From the NCBI GenBank assembly GCA_001179505.1, contig CDMY01000441.1:12071-76070 (forward strand): a DNA stretch of 64,000 nucleotides, read 5' to 3'. The notes beneath the pieces are model-generated. The model saw only the letters and a list, made by a program, of their open reading frames with translations, did not search any database and was not told the DNA's origin. Positions 50,252 through 63,671 of the stretch are shown piece after piece (the first letter of the stretch is position 1; each line of letters opens with the position of its first letter). The DNA comes from Vitrella brassicaformis CCMP3155 (Eukaryota; Protista; Chromerida). Position numbers and translations under genes: made by a program.

Positions 50252-53200
50252 ATGGCCAGCCATGCGCCCCCTCCCTTCCCCTCTCTCACCGGCGCCCAGC
50301 CGCCAGAGCTGCCGCCCATCCAGGTGCCCCTGCCGCCTCACATCCGCCCCGCTGCCGGCCCGCCACAGGTCGCCCAGACGATGCTCGTCGAGTACCAGAT
50401 GCGCAGGCCTCAGCTGACGCCTGGGGAGTTCGCCAACGAGAAGGGCATCCCTGTGGAGCTGATGGTCGAGTGGCTGCGCGCGGCGGGGATCCAGTTGTTT
50501 CTGCCGGTGGAGAAGCGGCTGCAATTGATTGAGGAGTTTCGAAGCAGGGCGCCTCTGTCGCAGAGTGTGTTCTGTGCGGAGAAGGGCCTGGACGAGGTGT
50601 TCTTTGCGTCGTGGGTTGAGGATTTCAGCAAGGCGGGAGCCGTGCAGGGCGGCCCTGAGTGGATGCGGACGCTGCAGCAGGTGGTGGCCTTGGATCAGGC
50701 GGGGCTTGATGGCTTCCCCCATCCCCACGCTCACCATCACCACCCTCACCACCCTCACCCTGCCGCCTATCATGACATGCCGCCGTTCGGCTATCCCCCG
50801 CCCCCACCACTCCCCCCGCCGCAGTCGCAGCATCATCCCGCAACGATGCATCCGGGGATGGGCATGGGCGCCATGGTGAGAGTGAGGTACCCCATGCAGC
50901 CGCCGCCAAGGGCATACGCAGGGCCACACGCACCCCAGGTGAAGGACCAAATGGACAGAGGGGGGTGTCATCGATCGCAGCAGCATACATCATGTGCTTA
51001 CCCATGTGTCCACAGGCCCCCGATTTCGGCCCTTCATATGGCTACGAGCCTTACCCATCCCCTTACCCCCTTCGCCCGCCCCACCCAGCGGCGGCCATCC
51101 CGCCGTTCCCACCGATGAGGGTGCGGCTGCCTCAGGCGGCTCCCCGACCGATGCCGCCCGACGGCGCTAGCGCCGCTGCTGATGCTGGTGAAGATGTGAC
51201 GGACCGTTATGACATTATCTGGGGCGATCTCCGTGTGGAGGGGTGCGAGGGGTTGGAGTTTGCTGTGATGGCCGGGGAGGGGGCGCAGCTGCTGTTGGAG
51301 GCCACTAAGGGTGTGAGGACAGGTGAGAGAGTGATTAAGCGGAAAGGAACGCACGAACACCGAGCTAGAACGAACCCTGGAGCTCTCTTTCCCTGTCTGT
51401 CTGTCTGTCTGTCTCTCCATCTGTCTGTCAGATCTGCCTCTGTTGCAAGAGTATGCCCAGAAGCTCCTCTCCGCCCGGCACGACGAGATCCACAGTGACA
51501 GGCCATCCATCCCCCCCATCGCACAAGCCCACCCGTTTCCCGCTCCCTCACCAGTTACAACCGAGACCAGCGTCGAACTTGACACGAGCAGCGGCGTCAA
51601 CAGGGAGCTTCCGGGGGGCCTGGAGTTCACCGTCACTGTGCGCGTGGTCAAGCGGGGCGAGGGGGAGGGGGCTGGGGCTTCGGCTGTGGAGCGGTTTCCC
51701 TTTCTGGTTGGGAGCGAGAGGGGCGTGTGCATCGCCTGGAAGGCGGCCAAGGACTTCGCCCAACGGTGTCGAATGGCCGCGACGGGTGCATCCTTCCCCC
51801 TCACCTCTCCCTTTATGAACCCGCCATGGTCGGCCAGCCACAACCCGGGCGTCACTGTGGAGGAGCTCATCACCGCCGGGCTGGGCGAGAGGGGCATCGC
51901 ATACGCCGTGACGGACGAGGCCGTCACTGCCACGCTGCCCGGCGCGAGCCGGGAGGGCAACACCCATCAGTTTGTATGGCGTCGGCACCACCAGCGCTTC
52001 GAAGTCAAGGGCGGCGCATCTTCCCTCTCTCTCCGCCCCTATTTCCTCTCAGAGCCCTGCATCACAGCATGCCTCGACCAAGCCATCAGATTCACTCAGC
52101 GGAAACGGGTTAGACCCCCGGACCATCCGGCATGGCCTCCTACACTCCCTCCCGCACTGAGTGATGACCATGGAGGTCGTCTCGCGAAGAAACAGAGGCA
52201 GATGGCGCCGCAGGGCGGGCTGGTGTTCCTGCGCTCCGGGCGGGAGCTGCCGCCTGGGCCGGGTGCGCTGCTGACCGACACGGAGAGCAAGGGGGCGCTG
52301 GTGTGTCTGCTGAGCAAGCTGAGGCGGTTCGTGAGGCAGCATGTGCACCCAGAGAAAGAGGGTGGGGCGGATGTGGCTGCGGACATACCCCATGTGCTGG
52401 CGGCGGCTGAGTGTGCGAGGGAAGAGGAGATCATGGCTGTGGCGTTGCCGCCGGTGGAGCAGCAGGTGCGGGGGCTGCGGGGGTTCAAGCTCAACTTCGA
52501 CGCATTTTTGCTCAAGGGCGCCGTCACGCTTGAGGAGTGCCTCACCATGCTGCAGGCATTCTTCTGCGGTGAGTGCGTGAGTGAGAGAGCAGACACACCA
52601 TCCAGTGCAATCCACACACGTCCGTATGTCTCACGAATCAGGTGACCGTGCTCTCTGGTGGCCCAACAGCGGCCAGGCGCCCATTGCCAAGACCCATCGC
52701 CGGTCTAGGAAGACCCTCACCGCCGAGCAGATCGACGAGGACCTGCAGCAGTGGATTGCCTTCATCGGCACACGGCAGCCGCTCACCGTACAGCAGTGGG
52801 AGGCCTTTCGGGCCACTGTCATGGAGGAGGCCGGCCAGAGGGCCGCGGCGGATGCACAGGCCTTCTTCGCTGGTGGGCGGTGGGATGAGCCTGCACGCGT
52901 ATTGGTGGCCATGCCATGTGTGAGAAGGCGTTGCGTGTGTTGGCTGTACAGGGGTGTCTGAGGGGCAGTTCGGCTCACCCGAGGACCTCAACGATGCGGC
53001 CCACACCCTGCTCTACGAGAAGGTCCGATCGCATCCCACGTTCCGCCTCTTCCAGACCCGGGAGTTCACCCCCAAAGTGACCGACCCATGCGTCATCGAC
53101 CTCTCTGCTGACCCCCTCCCCACCCACCCCCCGCCACCCGGTCCACAGGACCTCTCAAGATGGATGGAGCAGTCATTCTGGGCCGTCCTCCCTGATGCCG

Positions 53201-54668
53201 CCCTTGATGCTGCAGCAGGTGATGACGAGCAGGCAGCGGCTCCCGCGCGAAGCAAGCCGTCGGCGAAGGGGCAACGACGGGCCGATGTGACCCACCGCTT
53301 GATGGAGGGCATGGGATTGGACGGCGGTGACGGTGCTGGTGACGGTGGCAGCAGCGGCGTTGTGGCTGCGGACTGTGTGCGTGTGGAGTGGCAGAGCGAC
53401 GCCAAGGCGTTCCGCCTCAGCATGGGTGAGACAGGCACCAGCCGGACGTTTCCAGCCGCAAACGAGACTGATGCCGCCGTGACGGCCGCCTTCTCCGGGG
53501 CCATGCAGCACATCGAGGACACCCGCAAAAAGGACACCAGCACCAGCGTCACACATGCCCCCCTCCCGCCCTCCCTCCCCACGCCCCAAGACCCAGACCG
53601 AGAGGCGAATGCGCTCCTGGCCGAGCTCGCGAGAACCGACCCAAATCACAGCATCACGTGGACGGGCAATGGGTTCCGTCTGGTGCTCGATTGCAAGTCC
53701 GCGAAGGAGACGGCTGGCGGCATCAGAGGGAGCGTGGAGAGGGAGTTCCCCTATCTGGGAGCGGGGCGTGCGGGGATAATGGCTGCGCTGGAGCAGGCCA
53801 AGCACTATAGGGAGGAGGAGATGGTGTCCATGGAGGAGAAGCAGCTCGCCATTAAGGACCAGGGCAAGGGCAGCAGCAGCCGCGATGGCACACAGGTGAG
53901 GAGGAAGAGGGCCAAACGCACCGCACCCACTGCACAAGCAGCCAGGGGATGGGCGTCCATGTGACTTCTCTCGGCTGCATCGGGTCGGGTGATTCTTGCA
54001 GGGTGGTGCTGGTGCTGGTGGTGGCGGTGATGGTGCTCGCGTGTACCGCATTCCGCTCCGCTGGTGTCCCCACTCAAGAGCCTACTACACGTTCTACGAC
54101 TACGTCCGTGGCAGGTATGCACAAGCCGACAGACAGACAGATGGAATCAGTGGCGCAAATACGGCTGTGTGTGGCGCTGTGTGTGTGCAGGGGTCGGCAG
54201 TTCCCTCTTTTGTTTCGCGTGGAGGGCCCCTGTGGTGCTGGTGCGGTTAAGATCGCCTTGCGCGCCGCTGTGACGTATCTGACTCAGCAAAAGAGGTCGA
54301 AGAAGGAGAACGACGTCAAATACGCCCCGGTCAAGAACCCCCAACACAGAAGGCAGGAACGTAAGCGCGCCGTGCCCACCCGTGCCTGATAAGCTGCTCT
54401 CACACAAGCCCTGTCTGCCGTATTTCGCTCAGATGTGCTTCCTCTTTTCCTGGCCGACGGCCAGAAGGCTGCTCTGTGTGATGCCCCACCGCCCAAGAAG
54501 GACTGGCGGGCGGTGTTGGCGGCAAAGATGGCCGCTGCCGCGATCGCTGGCGACACGGACGCTGCTGCTGCTGCTGGAGGTGGCGGGAGTGACGATCCGA
54601 AGGACGCAGGTGCGGGTGTGAAGAGGATGGGTGGCTGGGAAGAGGCGGTTGAGAGAGAAAGGCGATGA
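50252..54668 (+). CDS. Putative DNA-binding protein: two N-terminal HTH-like repeats plus several degenerate AP2-like domains
   Basis: ORFs 50252-, 50965-, 51443-, 52642-, 52954-, 53996-, about 54190- and 54435-54668 appear to join (the last three junctions checked in phase). AP2-like blocks: VRVEWQSDAKAFRL...RTFPA...AVTAAFSGA; SITWTGNGFRL...REFPYLG...IMAALEQAKHYR; LRWCPHSRAYYTF...LLFRVEG...KIALRAAVTY. Confidence 0.6.
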
Positions 54669-55432
54669 TTTGTCGCGTCATGGATGTCCGTGTGGATAAA
54701 TTGTGTGCGTGGTGCACCGGCTTGAGCCATTGATATGGATGGTTGGACGGATGTATAGTTAGTGGATGGAGCTGGCTTGCATGCAGCGGGGTTTGAGTAT
54801 GAGCATGAGTGGTGGAGTCGCTGTCCACGACTGCGGACACAGTGGCTCGCCCACGACTGCCCACACCTGAAGCCCGGTGCGCGGATGCCGTTGCTTTCAC
54901 ATGTTCTGTCGGCTCAATATCTGTTGCTGCAATGTTACACCCACCACACACACAAAGCATCGCAAAAAAGGAGACTGCATGCCTCCATCCATCCATCCAT
55001 CCCACTCTCAATCAGCTCTCTCCCTAGCAGCCCATACGCACCAGTAGACCAAACGAGCAAGAAACGCTCTCACGGCCCACTGACAGACACATGCAGTCCC
55101 GTAGGAAGGGCGCCGACAAAGAAACTTGACGCCACATACCATGCCCCACACGGCCCCTACGCGGCAACCATCGAAAATGACCACTGAGACTGACTGGATA
55201 ACAACACGCGACCAATCCTTCTGCCCGTCCGTCCGTCCGTCCGTCCGTCGTGTGTCTGTCGGCCACGGACTGCATTGACGGACGGATGCATCCCATCGCA
55301 TAATCCAATAAATGCACTTAAGACAACTGAACAAAGCCAATCAATCGCTGACACAGACACACATACACACACACGGAGACCACACTGTATGATTGATACA
55401 CAAGGCAGGCCGCACATGTCACGTCAGTCTCA

Positions 55433-58122
55433 TCACACCTCCTCGCTTGTGCTCGAGGCGGCCGCCCCGTCCACACCCACCCCCACACCCCCGCCCCCTT
55501 CCTGCCCCACACCAGATGGGGTGTGGGGGGTCTCATCTCCTCCTTGCTGCGTCTGCGTGTCCGGCTTGTCCTCGGACGGCCGGGGCTGGGTCACATTCCG
55601 ACGGTGGCTGTTGGCTTCCAGGGTGAACACCTCAACTTCATCTAAAGCATACAAATGCAAATATTAACGTGTGGGCGTAGCGCATGTCGATCGCTTTGCG
55701 GGCTTGTGTACCGATGTAACAGATGGCGGGGCTGCCGAAGAGGCGCCTGTTGCCCTCTGGCCAGCCTGCAGGCTGCTTCAGCCGGGCGCTGTCGCCACGC
55801 AGGTAACCGTAACACCTACACACACACCATACACACATATAACACCTCGTGTATGGTATGAGTCTGTACGACGTTGAGTTGGCCACCACCGGACCTGGTC
55901 AGGTTGTCGTGTACGCCCTTGCTGCCGGTGTCGCCGCAGCCCATAATGAGGCACCCGAAGAACTCCACCAGGCCGTGGGGCGTGTTCTCGCCGTCAGTCA
56001 GTGATCCCTTCCACTCGGTCCCACGCACCGTCACCTTGCTGTCGCCACATGCCTGATTCATCCACACACACACACACACACCGTGTCAAGCGGTGTCTGT
56101 GTGTGTGAGGGGGGGGAGGGGCTGCATACAGACGTACCAGTTTGAATGGGCCCGGTTGCAGTGAGAACAGCACGGGAGCGAAGTGCTCACAAGACGGGTC
56201 GACGGTGACTATTGTGGCCTTGTGGGTGAGGCAGGGGAGCGGTGCGTCGATGGCCACGCCCACGAGTGAGTCGGACTGGCACTTGCTCTTCCGCTGGGCC
56301 AGCAGCAGGAGGGGCGATCGGTCGATGACCTTGCTCATGAGATTGTCGAACGTGTGACCGTCGCGAGATGACCTGACGAACACACACACAGCCACACACA
56401 TGGATCGTGCACGTGTTGGTGCTGGAGGGGGAGGGAAGGGGCTCGTACTTGTAGATCAGCTCGAGTTCGTCGTGTGGCTTCAGGCCCATCCATTGGCGGA
56501 TCTTGTACAGGTGCTCCCGGCTCGTCAGCAGACTGCTGCCCTTTGGGGGCAGACACAGAGCGCCATAAGGACCACCATACCTGGCCAATCACGCCAACAC
56601 CAACACAACACCGGCATGTCTGTTTGTCCTCCATGGCCGGCTGTGTATGTGGATTGAGGGTGGCTACATGTCAAAGACGGCCTTGACTCGGTCAACGTGC
56701 TCCCTGGGGTAGCTGGGCAGCACGATCGGCGACTCCCTCTCCTTGTCGTTGGTGGCCTGGGCCTGCAGGTGCAGCCGCCGACACGCCTCAATCATGAAGG
56801 CCACAGCGTCATGCGGCACTTTGCATATCGTTTTATTTGACCACCTGACCGACGGCAAACACACGGCACGTTGTCATGGTCATGTGCACAGTCAGTTGTT
56901 GGCTGGCTGAGTCACTCACTTGACGAAACGATTGTACATGGAGTTCTCCTCGCCGAATGCGCGGAGCGTTGCGGTGGTGGTGGTGATGGCGCGGCCCATG
57001 ACTTCGACGCTCACCACTGAGGCGCTGTCGTCGTCGCGGCCCGTCTCGATGTCCGCCTGAGATGAACGAGACCCACTGAACAAACCGGACAGAAGGAAAG
57101 ACAGACAGACGTAGTGCAGTGCACCGCACCGTCTCTTTGTCGGTTGCCATTCCATCTCCCCCCAGCTCACCCCTGCACCCTGGTGAAGAAGTCATGGACA
57201 GCGGCGATCCTCTCCTTGAAGGCCTCCTCGATGCCCTCGCCTCCCCCCTCCCCCAGGTGGCCCCGCACCACGCCCATCAGCCGTCCCTTCTCGGCCCGCC
57301 ATGTGTCCACACACCTGTCAACATCCTCCAAGAAGCGACAGGGTGACGCTGTTGACGACGATAACACGCCGCTGCTGCAGGCGGGGACAACCACCTCGTT
57401 GCTGGCTGCTGGGGGCTTTGGGGCACAGAGTGGTGCTGGTGTCGGTGTCCGCTGGACGCCCGTGAAGGTGCGCAGGAGGGCGGGGAAGTAGATGTTGGAC
57501 GGCGGGGCTTTCGTGGTCAGATCTGAGGGGGAGATGAGGCCCAGCTCGACACGGACAAGGTCGTCAACCAAAGCGGCGAAGCACTCCCTGTGTGGACAAC
57601 AGAAGAACAGCAGCAATACAGTCACACATAAAGAATGGAGACGAGACCACCTGCCGTGCCAGCCCCTCTTGCTGACCCGCAGCAGTTGATGAACATCCTG
57701 TTGTGTGGATCTCTGAGGAAATTGGCGTCCCACACGCCGCTGAACAGCTCCGCAACGAGCGAGTCCTCCACACACGTCAGCGTCGACCTCTGCACCTTCA
57801 GCACAGTTCCCCCCGCGTTGATCTCCAGCACATCATCGCCGCTGCCACGGGCATCTGGGCGACCACCAAGGCCTGCACACACCAGCAACACGACAGAGAT
57901 CTCCAGTGTGGTCGCACAGAGATCTGCTTTGCGTCTAGATCTACCTTTGATGATATTCGCCCTGACTTCCCGGCCCTCCTCCAGGTGCTTCAGCGTCTCC
58001 GTGAGGTGTTTTTGCAGCGCTGCGTAGTGCTCCTCGATGGCAAACAGGCCAGGCAGGGGCGAAGTGGGATGATGCGATGGGAGGGCATACGCCGAGGCTA
58101 CAGCCGCTGCTGACGACGACAT
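55433..58122 (-). CDS. KCTD-type BTB/POZ (two copies) plus TLDc domain protein
   Basis: DVLEINAGGTVLKVQRSTLTCVEDSLVAELFSGVWD...RMFIN (BTB), VVSVEVMGRAITTTTATLRAFG...FV (second BTB), and IRQWMG...LELIYKSSRDG plus a terminal DEVEVF (TLDc). Confidence 0.8.
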
Positions 58123-58470
58123 CTTGGAGCCACCCCAGCCAAGCTCTCTGTGTTCGGCTGAGATTCCGATCTCGCAAATTTGCGAGCTCGGCACAAGGGA
58201 AGCGCAGGGTAGCTTGGCTTTCGGTGGGCTGCATCATCACCCCTTGATGCAGCGACAACGAGGGGATCGATGATGACGCCATCTCAATGCTCAGCAACGC
58301 ACCGTCCACTGGTCCTCGGCGGTGACGGCTGACGGCGGTGGCATCTACGCCAGTCCCCCAGCGATTTCCCCAGAGCCTTTATCCAGCCTTAACGAATGAT
58401 TTCCAATCTCTTCCCGCCTCACTCTTCCCGCTCCCCCCCGCCTCTGATGAGTGAGCCGCTCGTCCAGTGA

Positions 58471-60061
58471 ATGGTCTTGATGCAGTCCAGTGACCATGAT
58501 CATTCGACGCCCCCCTCCCCCCAGTGTAGCCTCGTGTCGGCAGCCCTCGCCGGCCTCGTCACCAAGACCGCATGCGCCCCGCTCGACCGAGTCCGCACCC
58601 TCTACCAAATCCAGGGCATGTTCAATGCCACTGCCGGCCACTCGGCTGCCCCGCGGCCCGTCACCACGCTCAAGTACGGCGGTTCGTTCGGCCTCAGCAC
58701 GTTCGGGCAGATTTATGCCGAGGAGGGCGTGGCGGGTCTGTTCCGCGGCAACCTGATGAACTGCATCCGCGCCATGGCCGTCTACGGCATCAAATTCGGC
58801 ACCAACGACTTCATCAAAGACCACATCAGACTCGCGCGAAGCAGCATTAGCAGCAGTGGCAGTAGCAGCAACGGCAGCAGCAGCAACAGGGCCGATGGGC
58901 GTCTGTGCTTTAGTGACCTCTTGCTGGCGGGTCTCGTGGCCGGGACGGCGCAGAAGCTGCTGACATACCCCCTGGATCTGCTGACGGTGCGGCTGGCGAT
59001 GGGCAGCAACGTGGTGGCCGTGGCGAGTGGTGGTGTGGGTGTGGGCGGGGGTAGTGGGGGGTACAGGGGCATATTGGATTGTGTGGGGCGGATCTACGTG
59101 CGTGAGGGTATGGGTGGGTTTTGGAAGGGGCTTTGCCCCACGCTGATGACGGGCGTGCCCTATGTCATGTTTCAGCTCTCCCTCTGGGAGTACTACAGGG
59201 ACGCATACCGCAGGTAGGGTGCGTATGGCTGTGTGTACACGACACAGGCAGCCATTCAATGGTGCATGTGTATGTGTGTGTCTGTTTGGCGTTCGGCAGG
59301 TACCTTCGTCCATCTGTGTATGGGGTGTCGTCGAGCAAGGCCGACGGCATGAAGGACGTCCTGGAGTCGTCCATAGAGTCGTCCATTGCAGGTGCGCATC
59401 CGTGAGCTGTTGAGCACCACAACACGACTTGTCATCTGTGTGTGGTGCGTTGTGTGTCACACAGGGTCGCTGGGCAGCCTCACAGCGCAGCTGCTCGTCT
59501 TCCCGGGCGACACAATAAGGTACACACACACACACATTTGCAGAGAGTGGTGCTGAGCTCTCCCTTTTGTATGTCTGTCTATGTCAATGTCTGCAGGAAG
59601 CGCATGATGGCCGACGGTGTGGACTCACGGCCGGGCGGCGGCAAAGACCCACGCAAGTACAAGTATGTCAACCACATACACACACACACACACATGCTCA
59701 TCCTCTATCAGTGTGCACACGCCTGTTCTCTCTCTGTATGTGTGTGTTTGTGTTCAGGGGTATGATGGATTGCCTGCGTCAGGTGCTGCGGGAGGGCGGC
59801 GCCTCTCGCCTCTATCATGGCCTGGTGCCATGCATCGTCAAGGCGTTACCAAACGGTCCGTCAGAGACACTCACATATACACACACACCCCAGACAACGC
59901 ATCCTGGCGTCATCTCTGCAGGTGCGATTCAGTTCGGCAGCATCGAGCTCTTTTCCAAGCTGGTGCCGCAGGCGTACCTGCTCATCACCAGCGCATTGGC
60001 CGCCTTGGCCACGACCACCACCGCCACTACCACCACTGCTGCTGCTGCAGGCGTCACGTGA
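58471..60061 (+). CDS. SLC25 mitochondrial carrier, resembling the SLC25A42/SLC25A16/Leu5 (CoA / adenine nucleotide) clade
   Basis: Three signature motifs APLDRVRTLYQ, YPLDLLTVRLA and FPGDTIRKRMM, plus EEGVAGLFRGN, EGMGGFWKG and EGGASRLYHG. Family certain, subfamily tentative. Confidence 0.88.
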
Positions 60062-60284
60062 CACGCTGTGTTGTATCACACATACGTGGGATGTAGAGCT
60101 AGATGGCCGTATGTATTCCGTCGATTTTCCTTTTATTTGCGGCGGCGGAGGGCAGTTTTTGCTTTTGCGTGTTTGGCAGATAGAAGCGTCCGTGCACTGA
60201 TTGCGTCGACTCAACAACGGTTGGTGGGGGTGCTGTGACGGTGTACAGACAGACTGACGAACAGACAGACAGACAGACCGACAG

Positions 60285-60870
60285 GGTCGGTCGACCTTGA
60301 GGACATCGAGTTTGAGGACATCGAGTACGAGTGGGTCGGGGAGGCGCGGATTCCCGCCTGAACTTCGCGCATCCCTCACCTTCTTGTACTGCATGCCCGC
60401 AACTTCGACCACCAGTCGTATTCTTGTCTCTCTGTTATCCGTGACATGACTTTGGCCGTTGTCGGCTGGCGAAACAAACGATGCGGAGAGTGAGTGTGTG
60501 TGTGTGTGTGGGGTGGGGGTGGGGGGGCATGATGTAATGTGATGTACAGACCAACAGTCGGGGCGTTGTTCCCATACCTCTCCTTTATATCCTTTATATT
60601 TGTGACGGGACTCATTCGGTTGATCCACCGGAACGGATGGTCCATTCTACGGAAACAACGCACCCATGCACGCAATGAATGTCCCTTGAAAAACAGCCGC
60701 GGGGAAAAAGCCAGAACCACACACACGGACGGAAACACGCACAGACGGATGGATGGCCAGACACATGAGGGAACGACCAAGGAAAGAGAAGGAGAGACTG
60801 CGACATCTGCCCACTGGCCACACGGTGCGCTCATGGAGACAACACACCTCTCTGTGTTGGGGGTCCACAT
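60285..60870 (-). CDS. Possible exons of a small hypothetical gene
   Basis: Segments RMDHPFRWINRMSPVTNIKDIKERYGNNAPTV|ADNGQSHVTDNRETRIRLVVEVAGMQYKK join in phase between microsatellite-rich spacers. Start, end and family are unknown. Confidence 0.25.
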
Positions 60871-61190
60871 CCATCGCACTAGGGAAAAAAGGAAGAGATA
60901 GAGAGAGAGAGAGAGAGAGGCTCTGCCATCTGCAATACGGTAGAGTGTGGTTCGCTCATGGATGGAGAGTGTGGCGGAGAAAAACAAACCAAACCTCTGT
61001 CTGTCTGTCTGTCAATTCATGCACGGCACATCAACCAACGGCAACACACAGCTCTCTACCAATGGCACAGCCCACTAATTCCATAGCCATGCCATTGTGT
61101 CTCTCTCCACGTGTGTAGAGAGGAGTGGGCCAGCCAATGGAGCCATCCATGTGTAGAAGGAAAGGTACACCCTCACGCACCGTCTGTCTG

Positions 61191-61233
<43 letters not shown>

Positions 61234-61309
61234 CTGTGTGTGTCTGTCTCTACAGCCCCCTCCCTTAGTGTCAGTGTGTGGGTACATGTATTGGATGTGT
61301 GTGTGTATC

Positions 61310-63483
61310 TTAGTCGTCTTCCAGCGTACACTGCTCCCCGTCCGCCGACGCGGCTCCGGTGTTGACGTACTTGACCGGCACGATCCGCTTTTTCTGCTTG
61401 AAGGGGTTGGGTAAGCCGCCTGAGTGACAGAAGGCCAAAACATGACACACACATACATGATGCAAATCGTCTGCCTCGCGTACCACCACTGCTTGCAGAC
61501 GGTACAGCGGCGCCGGGAATGGCCTGAATGCGACGCACGACAAACAGGACACAACACACAAGGAGTTCCATCCGCGTGTGGCTCCTTGTTTTGTCTGTCA
61601 TCCACAGACGTCGTCCTCAGGGATGCTCTGCTGCGCATACGGCCCCGCGGGGAAGTACTCGGGCTGGAGGTCCTGGGCTTCCTTCGGGTCGATTGCCTGA
61701 GAGACACACACATGGATGAATGGATGGATGGATGGATAGGTGGATTGGGGTGGCACCATACCAGCCCGGTGTCCTTTTGCGTGTGCGTGTCCTTTTGTGT
61801 GTCGGGCGAACTCATCTGAACATGACAGCCACACATACATGGAGAGTAGAGAGAGAGAGCGAGAGAGACACGCGGCCGTTCGTCGCCCACCATTTTGTAG
61901 GTGGGGAGAAACTCGCCAAAGCTCACGCCAGCGATCTGGCAAACACAACACAGCACAGCACAGCACAATACACCTACAGTAATGCACAAAATGCGCACAT
62001 AGACAAACTTCAGCTTACACGTGAGCACCCTTTGTGGTCGATGTGAACACCAGTCTTCTCATGCGTGTCACCATACAGATCGTCATGCTGCACACGAAAG
62101 GCGCGAAGCGACCATTGGATGGTTCCATCTCGTGGTTATGTGCCTACTGCCTCTGGGTATGACTGTGTTTTGGTGGCCGGGTAGTAGAGCTCTCGACAAA
62201 CCTCAGATACCCGCTCCACAACGGGCAGCATCGGCCACGAGGCCGCCTGGGACACGACACGCGATGTGGCTTGGTGTGTTGGGGTCTTGGGGTGAGGGTG
62301 GGTGGTGGGCTACATACCATCGTGCGCTTGCCGCTCAGCATTTTGGGCAGGAGAGGGTCCTGCACCTCGGCCATCGAACGAGAAACACACACCTGCACAT
62401 GGAACCACACACACACACACGCACACACACACAGAAACGGAGAGGCATGAGAGGGTCAGTATGGAGAGGCACGTGTTTGTGTGCTCGGCATACCTTCTTC
62501 TGCACGAGCCCCGCGGCGTACTTGGCACTCCCATTGTCAGCACCAGACTGGCCGCCCCACGCACTGAAGTTGATGTAGTCACGGTAGTTCTTGATGTCAG
62601 TCTGAGTGGATGGATTGATGGATGGATGGATGGATGGATCTATACTCCCTTTGTGCACTCGCCACACATACACACCGATTTGATGTAGTAGCGAGTGGGT
62701 GCGTCAGGCTCGCTCATGCTGTCACTGAACAGACGACCCACACCAGCCAACTGATGGACAGAGACAAGAATTCATCCATCCATCCATTCCATCTCCTCTG
62801 CCCTCCCCATTTTCCCCCGCTCACCTTGGGTGTGTCGGAGGTTGCTCGAGCATGACGACGTTCGAACCGCCGCCACCTCCCAACATGCCCATGGCACCCT
62901 AAACGCGTCCATGGATATGATGAGGGCAAGTAGGAGTCCGATGTTTTCTTTTGCACCTGGAAGGGCATACTCGGGCGCACCTTGGTCGCACACTGGATGT
63001 GTGGACGGGTGGCGCAATCGGGATGATGCACAACAGAGAGGGCCACACACACACAGTGGAGCGGCCCGGTTTGCGTCTCGTCAACCCACCTCATGCGACT
63101 GCAAACACCACACCCCACACCACCCCACACCACACCACACCTTACACCATTTGACATCTCACTTTCTGGCCCTCTTCGCGCTCACCACCGGCACTGGTAC
63201 GAAGACGTCCTGGCCGCCGCCTCCCTGCATTTAAATAAATGAACGGATGCATCGGCGGAGAAGGCAGCTGATGTGTCGCACGAAGAGGATGGAGTGCTTG
63301 CTGCTGCTTCCGTCCCTCTCCTTCCCGTGTCTCAGTACCTTCATGCTGGCGGCGTCCTTCTGGAACACGACCTCCTGCTGGAACGTGTAGATCTGCAGAA
63401 GGAACCCACTTTTGCTCCATCGGCATCCACCCCATTAATGCCCGCCTGCCTGCAGTGCATCAGGCTCTCACCTGAGTGTGCAT
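61310..63483 (-). CDS. Hypothetical multi-exon protein
   Basis: About 13 short exons splice in phase: MHTQ|IYTFQQEVVFQKDAASMK|GGGGQDVFVPVPV|SHE|GAMGMLGG...|...|TDIKNYRDYINFSAWGG...|...|IAGVSFGEFLPTYKM|AIDPKEAQDLQPEY...|...CTLEDD*. No family recognised. Confidence 0.5.
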
Positions 63484-63671
63484 CTGTGCCGATTCTCCAC
63501 CGCCTGGGAGCTCTGGCCCGACGCAGACCAAATAGGTCACTTCGCAGTGCAAATAGCCTCCAATACGTCAGAAAGCCTTCCAGGAAGTTGCAAAAACGAC
63601 GGAACGCTTCGCACACGGATTGCGAAGGGGATCGCCAAGCTCCGAGATAAGCTCGCAAAAGAGAGGCGAGA

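Noticed and set aside
4648-59535. Many long antisense or off-frame ORFs (e.g. 26721-28145, 30633-31445, 41769-antisense shadows, 58345-59535)
   Set aside because: They overlap recognisable genes in high-GC sequence with few stops and have no family motifs, apart from short stretches that coincide with real exons.
39970-60061. CoA gene cluster formed by PPAT-HD and the SLC25A42-like carrier
   Set aside because: They are about 17 kb apart with four unrelated genes between, and carrier substrate cannot be assigned from motifs.
61400-62100. TET/JBP-like 2OG-Fe(II) dioxygenase (GVHID...LHH)
   Set aside because: The HxD and distal His fall in frames that my best splice model does not join.
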